Shown here one piece after another: positions 1 through 12,900 of a stretch of DNA of 64,000 nucleotides. The DNA is from Balanoglossus misakiensis. Its lineage: Eukaryota > Animalia > Hemichordata. The notes under the pieces were generated by a model, which saw only the letters and a list, made by a program, of their open reading frames with translations, did no database searches and had not been told where the DNA came from. The translations under genes were made by a program, and so were the position numbers. Position 1 is the stretch's first letter; every line of letters starts with the position of its first letter. The stretch spans positions 2,917,462 through 2,981,461 of the forward strand of contig CM082592.2 in the NCBI GenBank assembly GCA_040954595.2, written 5' to 3'.

Positions 1-413
1 TGCCAGAGGGTATTTGGGTGCAGGACCTCTCATGTGAAAATTAGTTTCCCCATAGCATATTTGGCGGGAAATAATCACCGAGCGAAGTGTTATAGAATTT
101 CTAAAGTCGCACGACTTTATCCATGTTATCCCACATCCAGTAACTTGAATAAAGTGTGTTCTCTTGTATGTGTTCCATTTCTAAATTATTCACTGTTCTT
201 GGTCCATTTTTTTGCGAGAATATAAACCCTGGCTCTTGCCAATCAGCAAGCAGGATTCACACCAAGCATATTATAATAAAGTCATGAAACTAATGGATCC
301 CTCTGTTTCTGTGACTTGTAAGCTGTCTTTTGTCTTTATTCATCTCCCAACAGTAAAATGTATGCTAATTTTCACATGAGAGGTCCTGCACCCAAATACC
401 CTCTGGCAGCCGT
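1..413. mobile_element. MITE with long terminal inverted repeats, left end cut by the window edge
   Basis: 1-44 is the exact reverse complement of 365-408; TTAA at 414-417. Confidence 0.75.
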
Positions 414-817
414 TTAACCTCTAAATATAACGTTTAGCCAATAGTCAGTCTAAGAAAAAAGACTCCTTGAAAAATCATTCACGATATTTATTACATCATA
501 TTGGGCTAAACTGATCAGCCAATTTCCACAGAAAATGACGGGCAGCTACAGGCAGTAATTAGTAGGACCGCAAATGAAGTCTTGATTTCTAGGATTGGAA
601 AGTGGGGAAACGATCGCCTCTAATTGCAGACGTTGTCGCCGCCTACAAAATCCGTATCTTCGAAACAAATTTTATGGATAAGATATTCATATATTATTTC
701 TATTATCACTTAATGCTTTCTCCGCTCGCCCAAATCAGTCGCCAAACAGCAAGTCCGGCCGCATGTGAGACGAGCGTATGTTTGTTCGTAAAAATGTACT
801 CCAGTACTTCCGGTTAA

Positions 818-1226
818 GTTAGCATCGCAGGACTTAGCATAGCATCGCAGATCGACATAGCATAGCAGAGGAGGTCGACAGCTGATCAGATTCAGTTAGC
901 ATCGCAGGAATTAGCATAGCATCGCAGGACTTAGCATAGCATCGCAGATCGACATAGCATAGCAGAGGAGATCGGCAGCAGATCGGATTCAGTTAGCATC
1001 GCAGGAATTAGCATAGCATCGCAGGACTTAGCATAGCATTGCAGATCGACATAGCATAGCAGAGGAGGTCGGCAGCAGATCGGATTCAGTTAGCATCGCA
1101 GGAATTAGCATAGCATCGCAGGACTTAGCATAGCAGAGGAGGAATTAGCATAGCAGAGGAGGACTTAGCATAGCAGAGGAGGCCGACTTAGCATAGCAGA
1201 GGAGGTCGACTTAGCATAGCAGAGGA
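818..1226. repeat. Compound tandem repeat built from TAGCA/TCGCAG/GAGGAG units
   Basis: About three ~95-nt higher-order units followed by ~20-nt units (TTAGCATAGCAGAGGAGGAC-like). Confidence 0.9.
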
Positions 1227-1733
1227 GTGTCGGTTTCGGCTACCGTATGTGCACATGATTTTGCGTCAAATGACCTCAACTTCCTTGGTGGGTGATACTG
1301 AAGTGAGACTAGGATTCGGTTTCGGATTCAGTCGTGTGCGGGCGCTCCATGACATGCCATGCACACGACTGAATCTTTCGGGGGGGGGGGGGGGGGGGTA
1401 TTTTAGTTAGTTTGGTCTGGTTACCAAATCAACCTCCTTCCATCTTTTATGCTGGACATGATCATGAAACTCATTACCGGGGTTTCACACCAATGAGGGA
1501 GGGGTATGTTGGGGTGGGGGGTGGGGGGCGAAGATTGTTGAGCACAACGACCTCAACAGGAGGGGGGGGGGCGCGTTTGCCTGATTGAAGGTGGTTCATT
1601 GTCAGATTATTAAAGGTATACCGCCAATGTGGTACCATTGTAAAAGGTTGACATTCTGGGATGGTATGTGGTATCAGTTGAAGTGAGAATTTTCAATAAA
1701 ACACAACTTTATTAGACTACCTAATGGATGTAA

Positions 1734-2546
1734 GGCTGCATTCACAAACACCTCTGGAGGGGGGGGCGGGAGAATTTCATTTTTTTTACCGTTTATTTTC
1801 ACATGCCCCCCTCAACAACCCGAAATATTTTCAAATCCCCCCCCTTCCGAACTGCTAAAATTTTCAAGTCCCCCCCCCATTTTCTTTCACTCAGCAAAAC
1901 ACATCACCTACCTACAATGTATCTTGTAAAAAAGAAAAACAGCGCTCCCATGAAAAGAATTTGAAACTGATGTTTCCCCTCATCAGTGGGTATTAAAACT
2001 GAACATTGTTTTTATTTTTTAAGTATCTGTATTCTGTGTTGGGAGACATTGTAAACCAAGAATTGAAGGGGGTGGGTTTGGGAGGGGGTGTCCCCCTCCC
2101 ACGTAAGAAAATTTGATAAAATACAGAGCTCAAAGCTGCATTTTAATGAACCTGGCAAAAGCAAATTAACTCAACTACCGGTATGTTGGGGAGGACAAAT
2201 TTAACCGCCGCCGCTCAAAGTTATCATGGGGTGGGGGCAAGTCCCCTGGCCTGGGACACTAGATAAACCAGTCAATGATTGAAAGGTGTTGATAAATGGA
2301 GGGGATGGGTGTGGGAGGGGGTGTCCCCCTCCCACATTAGAAAATTTTGTAAAATAAAGGGCGCGAAACTGCATTTTTGTGGACTCAAAATAAATATTTA
2401 GTCGTCAAAGTTTTCAAGTCCCCCCCCTTTCAGTCCCTTAATTATTTCAAATCCCCCCCCTTACATACCCTCAATTTTTTCAAATCCCCCCCCCTCAATT
2501 CTCCTGCCCCCCCCCCCCCCCTCCAGAGGTGTTTGTGAATGCAGCC
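1734..2546. mobile_element. MITE, PIF/Harbinger-like termini
   Basis: TIR GGCTGCATTCACAAACACCTCTGGAGGGGGG at both ends, flanked by TAA/TAT; internal direct repeat GGAGGGGGTGTCCCCCTCCCAC (~2081, ~2314). Confidence 0.8.
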
Positions 2547-5500
2547 TATGTATATGAAAGTCAATGTGGTCATGGAAGGTCTATTAGCAATGACAAACTG
2601 CATCTTACATGTACTTGCACATGTACATATACATGTACCAATAGGCTTTCAAAAACTGCCAGCCTCCAAAATCATACCCCTCCCCTTTCCTTTTCATGCC
2701 TTTCCTCCACCCCATTGGAAGTAGAGCATCCATGCCAGCTCAGGGTCTACCTGTTGGTAGACAAGTCTCTTTGTGACAAGTTCTGCTTTCAATGCACAAG
2801 GAAAGGGAATTTAAAAAAATTATATTATCTCAACAGCCATTTGAATTTTTTCTATTTTTGTCTATTAGCCATTTTCATATTTTGGTCTAATTTCCATAAT
2901 TTTTCTACTGCCACTTCCATTTGGAAAAAAATCTGATCCTCAATCCCTGATGCATCTGTGAATGACACATCAAAGATTTTACATGCTGCCATACACTGAA
3001 GGATGGACATACACGTACATGCACATACTGCATCAAACAATTAAAAATCCACATTTCAGGTAACACTGTTTGTATCAATTTTATTACACTTTGAATGATA
3101 TACATAAAATTAAGATATGTTAATTGTGTATTGCACGTTTATTTATCAATGATAACTTCAATACCATACCCATGTGTGTAAAATTACTGAAATTTCTATC
3201 AAAGGAAACAGAATGATGTACTTAATATAATAGAAATGTAATATATTAAAGTGTACATTTCCTTTCATATGTCGCTACTGGAACACTGCAACTTTCAAAT
3301 TGTATTATTGACAGTTGGCCTATCATCTCAGGTGTTTGTAAATTGCTGATTGGTCATTCCAACATGTCTATGATACAGATCTAATGATTGGCTGAAACAC
3401 TGATAGACTTATACCTCCTCAGGCTAAAAGCCCAATTACAGAGTTAAGAGCAATCAGAGTAGATTGTCCTATATATCATTATTAAAATCTAATGTGCTAT
3501 TGACAATACAAGAAATGAATGCTATTTCCCTTGGGCATTAGGCTAGACGGAAATTAGCATGGACTGCTGGTAATTACCAGTACAGGAAAGTTAAACATGC
3601 TATAGCCAAAACAATGGCAAGGTATTGTCTTGTGTTTTTTTGTTTCATGTTTTAATAGACAGAAGAAAGGTTGAAGAACGTGTTCCTGACAATTTACTAG
3701 CTAATGAAGTTCCTCGCAAAAAAAAAATGTCTTTTTGTACAGATCAACTATTTGGTGGTGTTCATTGTCATGGTCTGACCAGACAAAACTAAACGCATTT
3801 TCCCACTGACATAATCAGGTCAAATTTTCTGTTGATCACATGATCACACTGGCAAATCATGATGCACCATCAAGTACGTAGAGAGATACAGTGGAATATT
3901 TCCTTGTGGGAATAAAGCATCACAAAACATCATCGTCAAACTTCACATCCCTCAAGCTATCAATAATGTGTGTTACTGTCCTTTCAGCAGTGTATGCCAA
4001 TCAAATATTAAATACTAGCAGACAATTAAATTTTTCAACTGCATTATTCCTATCAATTTCCTCGGCCATGCACCTGAATGTAAATCAGTATTAATACTGT
4101 TGTTAAAAGTGACAAATTGTCACAACTAATTTCTATTGGCAGTCAGTGTGTTTTCAATTCCCAGTATTTGGATGGCTGAACTTAAAATCATTTGATTTCA
4201 GTTCTTATCATTGATTTAAGTTCTATTTGAGTGAAAATGGCTGTAACTTCATAAAGATGACATAACATATTGTATACGGTAGGGAAAAAAATCTTTGTAA
4301 ACTGAGCAAGCTTTCTAACTCATACAATTTCATGTATCTTCCTCTGTAACAGACTCAGCACAATCAACAATTATGTATCATTATCAAAATATATTTCTCC
4401 ATGCAATCCTATAAATGTGAGACAAATAAGTGATTAATACAATCTCTACTAGCTATGCACTAAACTACATTTTTAGTATATAATCATAAAATGGTAATAT
4501 CCAATGTTATAGTGCACCTGCTGACTTCACCAATGCTAATCTACGGTAGGCACTGTTTAGGATTTAAGTTACAAAGATTATTTTGCAAAACTTTACAAAC
4601 AAAGCAACCGTCTACGAGTACAAGTACAAAACTATCAATACTGAAAAAAACAATAACATCAGCATCTATTTTCTAATTCACAGTCACTATGACACAAATA
4701 CAGTTGAGTACAAATGCCCATTTTCTTTTAAAAGCTGCTGAACGACTTTTCTCATTTGAAGTGTTTGCTGTGGAAGCAGGAATGAGTACACACTTTTGTA
4801 CAACAGATTTTGAGTTGAAAGTGAGACATCACATGTTTACGCTTATTATATTTATTATATTTTATCTTTAAATCTTATTTTTAAAGTGTTGACCCCCCCT
4901 GTATTCAAATCTGGTAAACATGATTGATGTCAATCTTCATTCACCCCTTCCGATATGGCACATACACTAAACAATTGTTTTCCAAAAAGAAATGAGAAAA
5001 AATTCACAACAACAAAGAGTTGATAAAACTGTCAAAACACACCTTGGACTTGAGCAAATCTTACTAAGAATTCTTTAGTGGACTTAATCAATATTTGACA
5101 TGATGCTTTTAGATCAATAGGTGCAAAATGATGATGACCCTATCAAAGTCTTCAGTAAATGTTTCGATAAGTTAGAAAATATGGGATTATCATGGACAGA
5201 CATTAATATTTAAAGAACCTTTATGAGTTGTGCTAAGAGTGACAAAAACCTGGAACTTTATAGATATTAGTTTATTTGATAAATATGTTCTAATGCCAGA
5301 CCCAAATTTACAAATTATTATTCCAAAATTAAGAAACACTTTGTATTAAAGTTAATATATCTAGTATTTTAAATCAGAATATGTAAACTATATCATCGAT
5401 GCAAGAACCATATTATATACATAAATTTTCCTCTTTGAATCATCATTTTGTTAACTTACTTTCAATCAGTGTATAAAAAAAAAACTATAAAAAATGTATC

Positions 5501-6859
5501 CATGATAAATGACTATGTTCATGAGCAAAGCCACATTTTTCAAAATTGACATAAAGGTAAATAGAATAGCACACCAAAGTATCCAAACATATAATTTTCA
5601 AAGATATAATTCTCTGTGTTTCCCCCTGTTTCGTTACTCCAACATAGAATGAAAACCAGTTTTGTTCAATCATTTCTGTTTCAACCGAAAGCACAGTGCA
5701 GTTAAGAACTCAACGACAAAATGTTTACACTTCTGAAATTAGTCGGACCTGCCTGTTACCTGTGTAATTTATTCAAAACTATACTTCTGCACAAAGACAA
5801 CACAAGAACCAAAAAAACATTCATTTTCAGAAACTATTCGGACATTTTTTTACCTATTTAAAATTTCACTTTGGCTATTATATCATCAATTGTTTAATTT
5901 TGACAGTTGATCATAATTCTCAAAAGTTACTGTTCAATTTGATACAGGGAGATTAAACAGAAAATCAGCTATTTTGTTCTTCATTCAAAATGCTTGAAAT
6001 GTCAACATTTATACATGATTAAGTCCCACTTGCTGATTTTTATGGGTGGAGCATGGTATTACCCACTATGGACCATGATTGGTCGGCTAACCCATCTGTA
6101 CTCTGCTATAAAAGCCAATAAAATAGCTTGATGCTGATTTTCATAATATGAATGATTGATGAGTGGAGCATATTATTATAATGAAGACTGGAACTTCGGA
6201 TTGTCAGCAATTCACTTGAAAAGCTCAATTTAGATTAAATATTAGCTAGACTATCCCAATTTGATTACTTGTTTGATGTGGAAATCTTTCTTTATATTGA
6301 TTATGAACACAGATGAATGTGTAGTTAGTCAAAGTGGAATACCACAAGAGACATAATTATAAATATTATTTGATGTGTGCAGCTGTATAGTTGAATCGTG
6401 ATTTTTCCAATGCAATTACTATGTAAGGGCAAAGTCTCACTCAGATACGTCTAGCATTACACATGGACAATCTTAATAATTGGCACATCTGGATCACAAA
6501 GATGTTACAGAAGACGGACTAAAAATATGGAAAAAAATTTGCAGAGTTGGAAATTTTGGACAGAATGAACTTACAGCATAAGATAACACATACAGGGAGG
6601 CCTGTCAATATTTCAAACAGCAAAGAATGTCTTTAAGGAGCAAACTGAAGAAAAAGCCTCATTTTGTCCAGTTTAGATAACATTTATGGTCAAGAAAAAA
6701 CAGTAGGACTGATCCGAACTTACAAAATTTCCTCACATCAAAAGCAAAAACAAAAACTAAAACATTGAACAGCACTTCACAATGGTTTTTGTGTTGCAAG
6801 TACATTTATTATGGATTGAGCCTTGAATGAGTGTTGAGATAACACACGATGACATGAGA

Positions 6860-6952
6860 TCAGATCTTAGATTGGGTCATTTCGGTTGTCATGACTTCTG
6901 TGTTATGTTGCGTCAGTTGTAATGTGTCTCCGTATTCATCCTCGTCATGACC
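6860..6952 (-). CDS. ELAPOR: ELAPOR candidate terminal exon B ([30 protein letters not shown])
   Basis: Strong polypyrimidine tract plus ttttgcag acceptor, phase 0, open to TGA at 6862-6860. Confidence 0.75.
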   Translation of the reverse strand, partial: GHDEDEYGDTLQLTQHNTEVMTTEMTQSKI

Positions 6953-9900
6953 CTGCAAAATCAAAGCAAGACAAAAAAAATTCATGAAAAAAAAAATTCC
7001 CAAAACAAAGGAAAACTCTAACAACTGCGCATGCGAGCAGAGCTATAAATGGGAGACAATGATAGAGATGCTATTGGTGAGAATAGTTTGGAGATAGTTA
7101 CATGAGATGTCACTTGAGGTATGATTTCAATTGAAAGCGGCCAATGGATCATCTTCTTCAAGCTCTTTCAATGTCTTTTTCTCAAAGCCTGCAAAGTCAG
7201 ATTTATCCTGCAATAATGGTAAAAGGGTATGTTAGCATTATGCTTACGCTTGCATGCTACATTAATGATATAGTGATGTTTTAGCTTACTATTCGTCAAT
7301 GCATATCTGGTGCAATGAATTCAGTGGCGTTGAATACAATGCACAACAAAGAATGAAGAAATAATGATTGCAAATTACATGTACTTTCCTAATGACTTGG
7401 TTCAGTCAATTTGGGGGCGCAGCACCCGGGGCTCTTACCCGGGCAAGTACGGTAGTTCCTATCAAAAGCAGTGTGGTGTTTGGACAATACTTTTCAAATA
7501 ATTTTCTTTACATGGTGAACTTTGGTGGTGCTGAACCCTTTCACCCCCAGTTCCCTGTATACAGGTCCAACTTTACCATAGAAAACAATGGGTTTGGACA
7601 TAGACCAAACTATGGTGGTGAAAGGGTTACAGAATCAACTTTTTGTCTGTCTGTCCTTACCTTAGATTTAAATTTACTAAAGAATCCTCCAGACTTCTTT
7701 TTTCCATCATTGAATATGATTTCATCTTCATCACCTTCATCAACAGCACAACTGTCAACAGTGGGCAATTCACCCTCTTTGCCACTGCTAGATTGCACTA
7801 ATCTTTGATATTTGTATTCCAATCTGAAAATAATCCGACACATTGTTCTTATTATCTGTGAATGTCAAGGTTTCATCTTTTGTTGCTGAGCTTAAAGGCC
7901 GTTTTCTCGATCCCAGGGCAGTACAATGGAGGCAAACAAGAAAGCCTTTGTGTTAGCATGTAACTGTTTATTGGAAACAAAAGATTTGACCCACTGTTGA
8001 GAAAGGCCTTTAAGAAATATTTCCCCGTTTCAGATTCACTTCCTCCAAGCACACCATTGAAACTAGATCTTTCCCCATTTATCACACAATGAGCATGTTT
8101 GCCAAACTGATATCTATTTTTTAATATGTTGCCTCACACCGGCTCAGGTGTGGCCGGCAAAGCCGTCTCAAATCTGAGACGTTTCAGGACCACTTTAACC
8201 ATTGACACATAACAATTTATGCCAGTATATGACCTAAGACATTTCAGAAACATCTTAATGGTCCCTGTATAAACCCCATATATACTATAAATTGTAAGTC
8301 TCCGTTCTAAATTGGCCTAATGGTAAGAAGCACTACATGTATTTTGGCTTTTGAGTAGATTTTTGTCAAGAGTTTTTCATTGTAAACTTACTTCCTGGTC
8401 TTCTTCCAGAAATAAATGATAAGCCCTATTAGTAACGCAGCACATCCTGCAGCTACAACGATGGCAATCTGAGCTTCGAATGTCAACACTGGACACTTTT
8501 CAACAATGGTTTCTGGTAATGGCACACCACCACGGCAGACCCTGTATAAATGAGTAGAAGAAAAATATCCAGTGTCAAGTTGAATTAGACTGTGAAAAAA
8601 TTAAGTTAAGTAATGTCTACAATGAGAAAATCATACTATAAAACGGGAAATTTTCGTGAACGACAAATGTTCGCGAACTAAGCGAAAAATAAAAAGTCGC
8701 GTTAAATGTTTTTCGGAGATAACGATGCAGTGAAATACAAGAACGTGAATAAGTCTTGGCAGAAACAGTTGCCGCTTTCGATATCGCGAAAATTTCCTGT
8801 CGTGAAAATTTCCCGTTTTACAGTATAATTGATGTACTTATATTAAACTACTATACCTGGGCTCTATCCAGACATAATGGATGTTTTGTTTTCCCCCTTT
8901 ACAGTTCTCGACAATTGACTTGTAATTCTTTTCTGTACACAAAGGACACGCAGCTGCTGATCTCCACAGGAAATGGAATGTACATCCATCACAGGTACCA
9001 TCGGGACAACCAGTGGGCAATTCCAATACTCCACTTCCAGTGGCTGTGATGTCACAACGCAGACTAATGACGGATGCACGGCCATACGGACAAGCTGTAG
9101 TGGACCTGCATAATTACAAACAATGGTTAAATTAAAGGGTGATGATCGTCTTTTGCGCATGTGCCAAACCAGAGACTCTGGTTACAGAATTTGTATACAA
9201 TCAATGCCATAAGGCAGTGTGCTGTTCTAACGACAGACAAGATGGCGGCAACCACAGTCTGCTGCAGAGATCGGGATAAGACAGCAAATTGGATGAAAAG
9301 ACGGGACAAAACAAAAGTCTACTTATACGGTGCACATGAAATATGGAAGGAAGCGAAGGCAGTCCACTATTTGTATGTGTCAAATGCAAAATTTGCAGAA
9401 CGTTTGGATTGGACGTAATGTTTGTACAGACAAAATTACGCACATGCACATATTAGATGATCGTCGACCTTTAAAGCATTTGACATGCCATTAATATGAA
9501 ACAATTACAATCATGATAAAACAACAACTATTTTGTGTAAATTTGTGATTACAATATGTTGTCATGAAAGTCACACACTATTTAAGTTTACATAATATGA
9601 TTGCAAAACTTGAAAGGTAATACATACGTGGCAGAGTTGTAATAAAAGTTGATATCTGGCAAGGATGATGTTTCATCCTCCTCAAATCCAATCGCTGTTA
9701 AGTTGTTAAATTTTTTCTCTTCTGTAACTGCCAAAGGATGATCACCAAGACTGAACAAAAGAAAACAAAATATAGATTATCGTCATACACTGTAAACCCT
9801 GACCCTTTATGTTTTCTTCCAAGCTGGGTTCAAAGTACTGTAAAACGGGTTATTTTCGCGACACAAGGATTACACGAGGATTAATTTTCGCGTTCTCTTA

Positions 9901-12900
9901 TTTCATTTACTATATTGTTATCTCCGAAAAAAATTTATTTTCACGTTTTTTTAGCTCTCGCATATTTCATGAAAATTATTGTTCGCGAAAATAACCCGTT
10001 TTATGGTACTAACAACACGTACTAACTGGGTGTACACCAGCCAGTTTGTTTGAAAATTAAACAGGTGTTCGTAACATGTACAAGCATAGAAACCAAATAT
10101 ATAGTATTATTCTGACTCATACCGGTGTAAAAACTCACTTTAATATGAATAACTGTTATTGAAGCTACACTGTTCCAGACTTGGAAGCCTGTGTACATTC
10201 ATGCCAATGTATGTGTCTGCTTCTAAGATCTTGAGCCGCATATGAGCATTACAAACACAGGATATACTGTAAAACGGGAAATTTTCGCGACAAGAAATTT
10301 TTGCCATATCAAAAGAGGCAACTATTACGTGACTATTAAATTTCGTATTCTCGTACTTCACTGCATCGTTATCTATGAAAACATTTCTACTTGACTTTTT
10401 TATTTTTCGCGTTTTTTAGGCTCTTGCGTGGTTTGCAAAAAATTCCCGCTTTACAGTATTTCATCCTGTGTGGATGCAGGCCTCATTAGATTCTGATTCA
10501 ATGTAGTGTTACGCAATGTATTGTAACTGGCTGACAGGCAAACACTGCTTGGCTTGATACATTCTGAAAAGATTATTCCTGGATATGTTCTTGCAAATTA
10601 TTGAGTGATATTCTGCTGTACAAGCTTACCTGACAGGTTGTGCTGATAATGCAGCTTCATCATCACTTGGTATGATCGTTGAACGGCACAACATTGATGT
10701 GACATTGTCTTCAGAGTTCTGTGATATTGATAAAAAAGCAAGGAATCAATGGTATGATGGGTTAAACTCATGTACAACATAAAAAAACAAACTGACATGC
10801 ATTCAGTAAAGTTCCAGCCATTTTTGTTTACTATACTGTGTACTAAAGCATTAGTTGACTGTGACCACATGATCTCAAGACATTCAAAGGGACAAAGTCT
10901 ATCTGACACTGTCCTTTTTCCGTCAATTATGTTGATACAAGACACTGTTTATGTTACTCTACATGTGGATATATAGTGAATTGACGTTCGACTACACACA
11001 ACTTCCATCCCACTTGTAGACACGAGAGTGAAAAACTCGCTAAAATGAATAATCGGTCTCTACCAATCATTTATTTTGGTGAGATTTTTACTTTCATAAC
11101 CTACAAACGGGATGTAAGTTGTGTGTGGTCAAACGTTAATTCACTATACATGTATATCCACATGTAGAATAACATAAACATAATTAATTAATGGAAAAAG
11201 AGCAGCAAGAAAGAGAGACTTTGTCCCTTTAATTCCAAAATGTGGTCATCAAACTCACCTCTGAATAGTAAGTCACATTGTCTTTACACACTGGCATGTC
11301 TTCTCCATTATTTCCACACAGACTTATGTTGAAGAGATGGAAATATCTCGTGCCTTTTGCAGTGAAACTTGGAGTACTCATCACTGAATGAAATCTATAA
11401 TGAAAATCAACACAATCTAAATTTTAGAATTGATTGTCAAAATTGAAACATCTCAAGACATTTAATCCAAACATTTGTTCATCAAATGCTTTTCACTATA
11501 ATTATTCTTACCCTTTGAGAGATGTGAAGTCATAGATTACTTGTGTATCTGGCGATTTGTAATGACAATCACTATAACACGTCGTATGTTCATGACTGCG
11601 AGTTCCTGGCCCACATTCCAGACATGCCTCCTTCCCGTATGGATTGTTTGCACGGATATATGTACCTGAAATGAACCATTTTCCCATCATGTAAATAAAA
11701 GAGATTATTGCATATGTACTACAGTATTCCAAGCGGGCCGTGCAATAATAATTCTGGTATTTTTGCGAGCTCATATGCAAATGAGCATCCAGAAGAATAA
11801 GATCCCCCATTTCCCCTTCAATCGATCGTATCTTTCAAAGTTTAACCCTCGTTCTGTTACACAATCACTTGGAGTTCATATAAACCTCCGGAGGATATAA
11901 CAAAACTTTTATTTTAGTCGCAAAAAAAGCCGATTGTTGTTTTAGTTGTGCGCGTGACAAAGTGGTATTTTTCACAACCCATATGCAAATGAGTAAAAAC
12001 AAGCCGGACTACGTTTTGTTTGTAAACATTGAATGCCGTCGGCAGAGCTGGAGTATGATCGCCGAAACGTGGGGAATTTTCAACATTCGGAGACGTCATT
12101 GTCTTATCCTTCCCAAATTTTGTCAGAATAACAAAACATTAACTGGCAGTATGTTTGGGAACCTCGGAATATCCCTCGCTATCGCCAGTTTCTCAAATAT
12201 TGCCGATGCTATCTTGCGACCTGAGCTAAACCACCGATGAAATGAGCCAACATTATCGCCGAAACATGCGGATTTTTCAACATTCTGGCACGTTGTTTTA
12301 TTATCCTTCCCAACTATCGTCAGAATAACAGAACATTTAGTTGTCAGTGTGTTTTGGAACCTCGAAAATTACGAAAATCTCTCGCTATCGCCAGTGTTTC
12401 AAAATTTATCGCTGCGTTCTCACGACCTCAGGTAACCCACTGTTGGAATGACCCCACATGACCCTTCTTTGCATAACAAAGGTTGCGTCATTTTGGCCAA
12501 TGAGCGGCCTTCTCTGGGTTGCATAGCCTTTGGCGCATCACTGTAATGAAGATCAATACGTCACGATCGAAACTTTGATTTTCGTCAAATCTGGGGAAAC
12601 ATATGCAATAATAACAGAACTTCATGACCTCTGCGCGCGATCTGTGCAATATGGATTTTATTTTCACTCGTGAGAAGGTGTATTCTTCTGCATTTTTACT
12701 CGCTATCGCTCGTAAAAATACTCGGAAGAATACACCTTCTCACTCATGAAAATAAAATCCATATTGCACAGATCGCGCGCAGAGGTCATGAAGTTCTGTC
12801 ATAGTATGTAACATAAAACTATCAACGGTGCTGCATCTAGCATCAGTATTGACGGCAGACTCAAATACAACATAATTTCACAATTATTACCATTTTTCTA

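Noticed and set aside
818-1226. CRISPR-like array
   Set aside because: No unique spacers, eukaryotic context and no cas genes; it is a compound tandem repeat.
6850-7130. Stop-codon readthrough or selenocysteine at ELAPOR/PTPN TGA stops
   Set aside because: No TGA-CTA context, no recognisable SECIS, and no convincing downstream extension.
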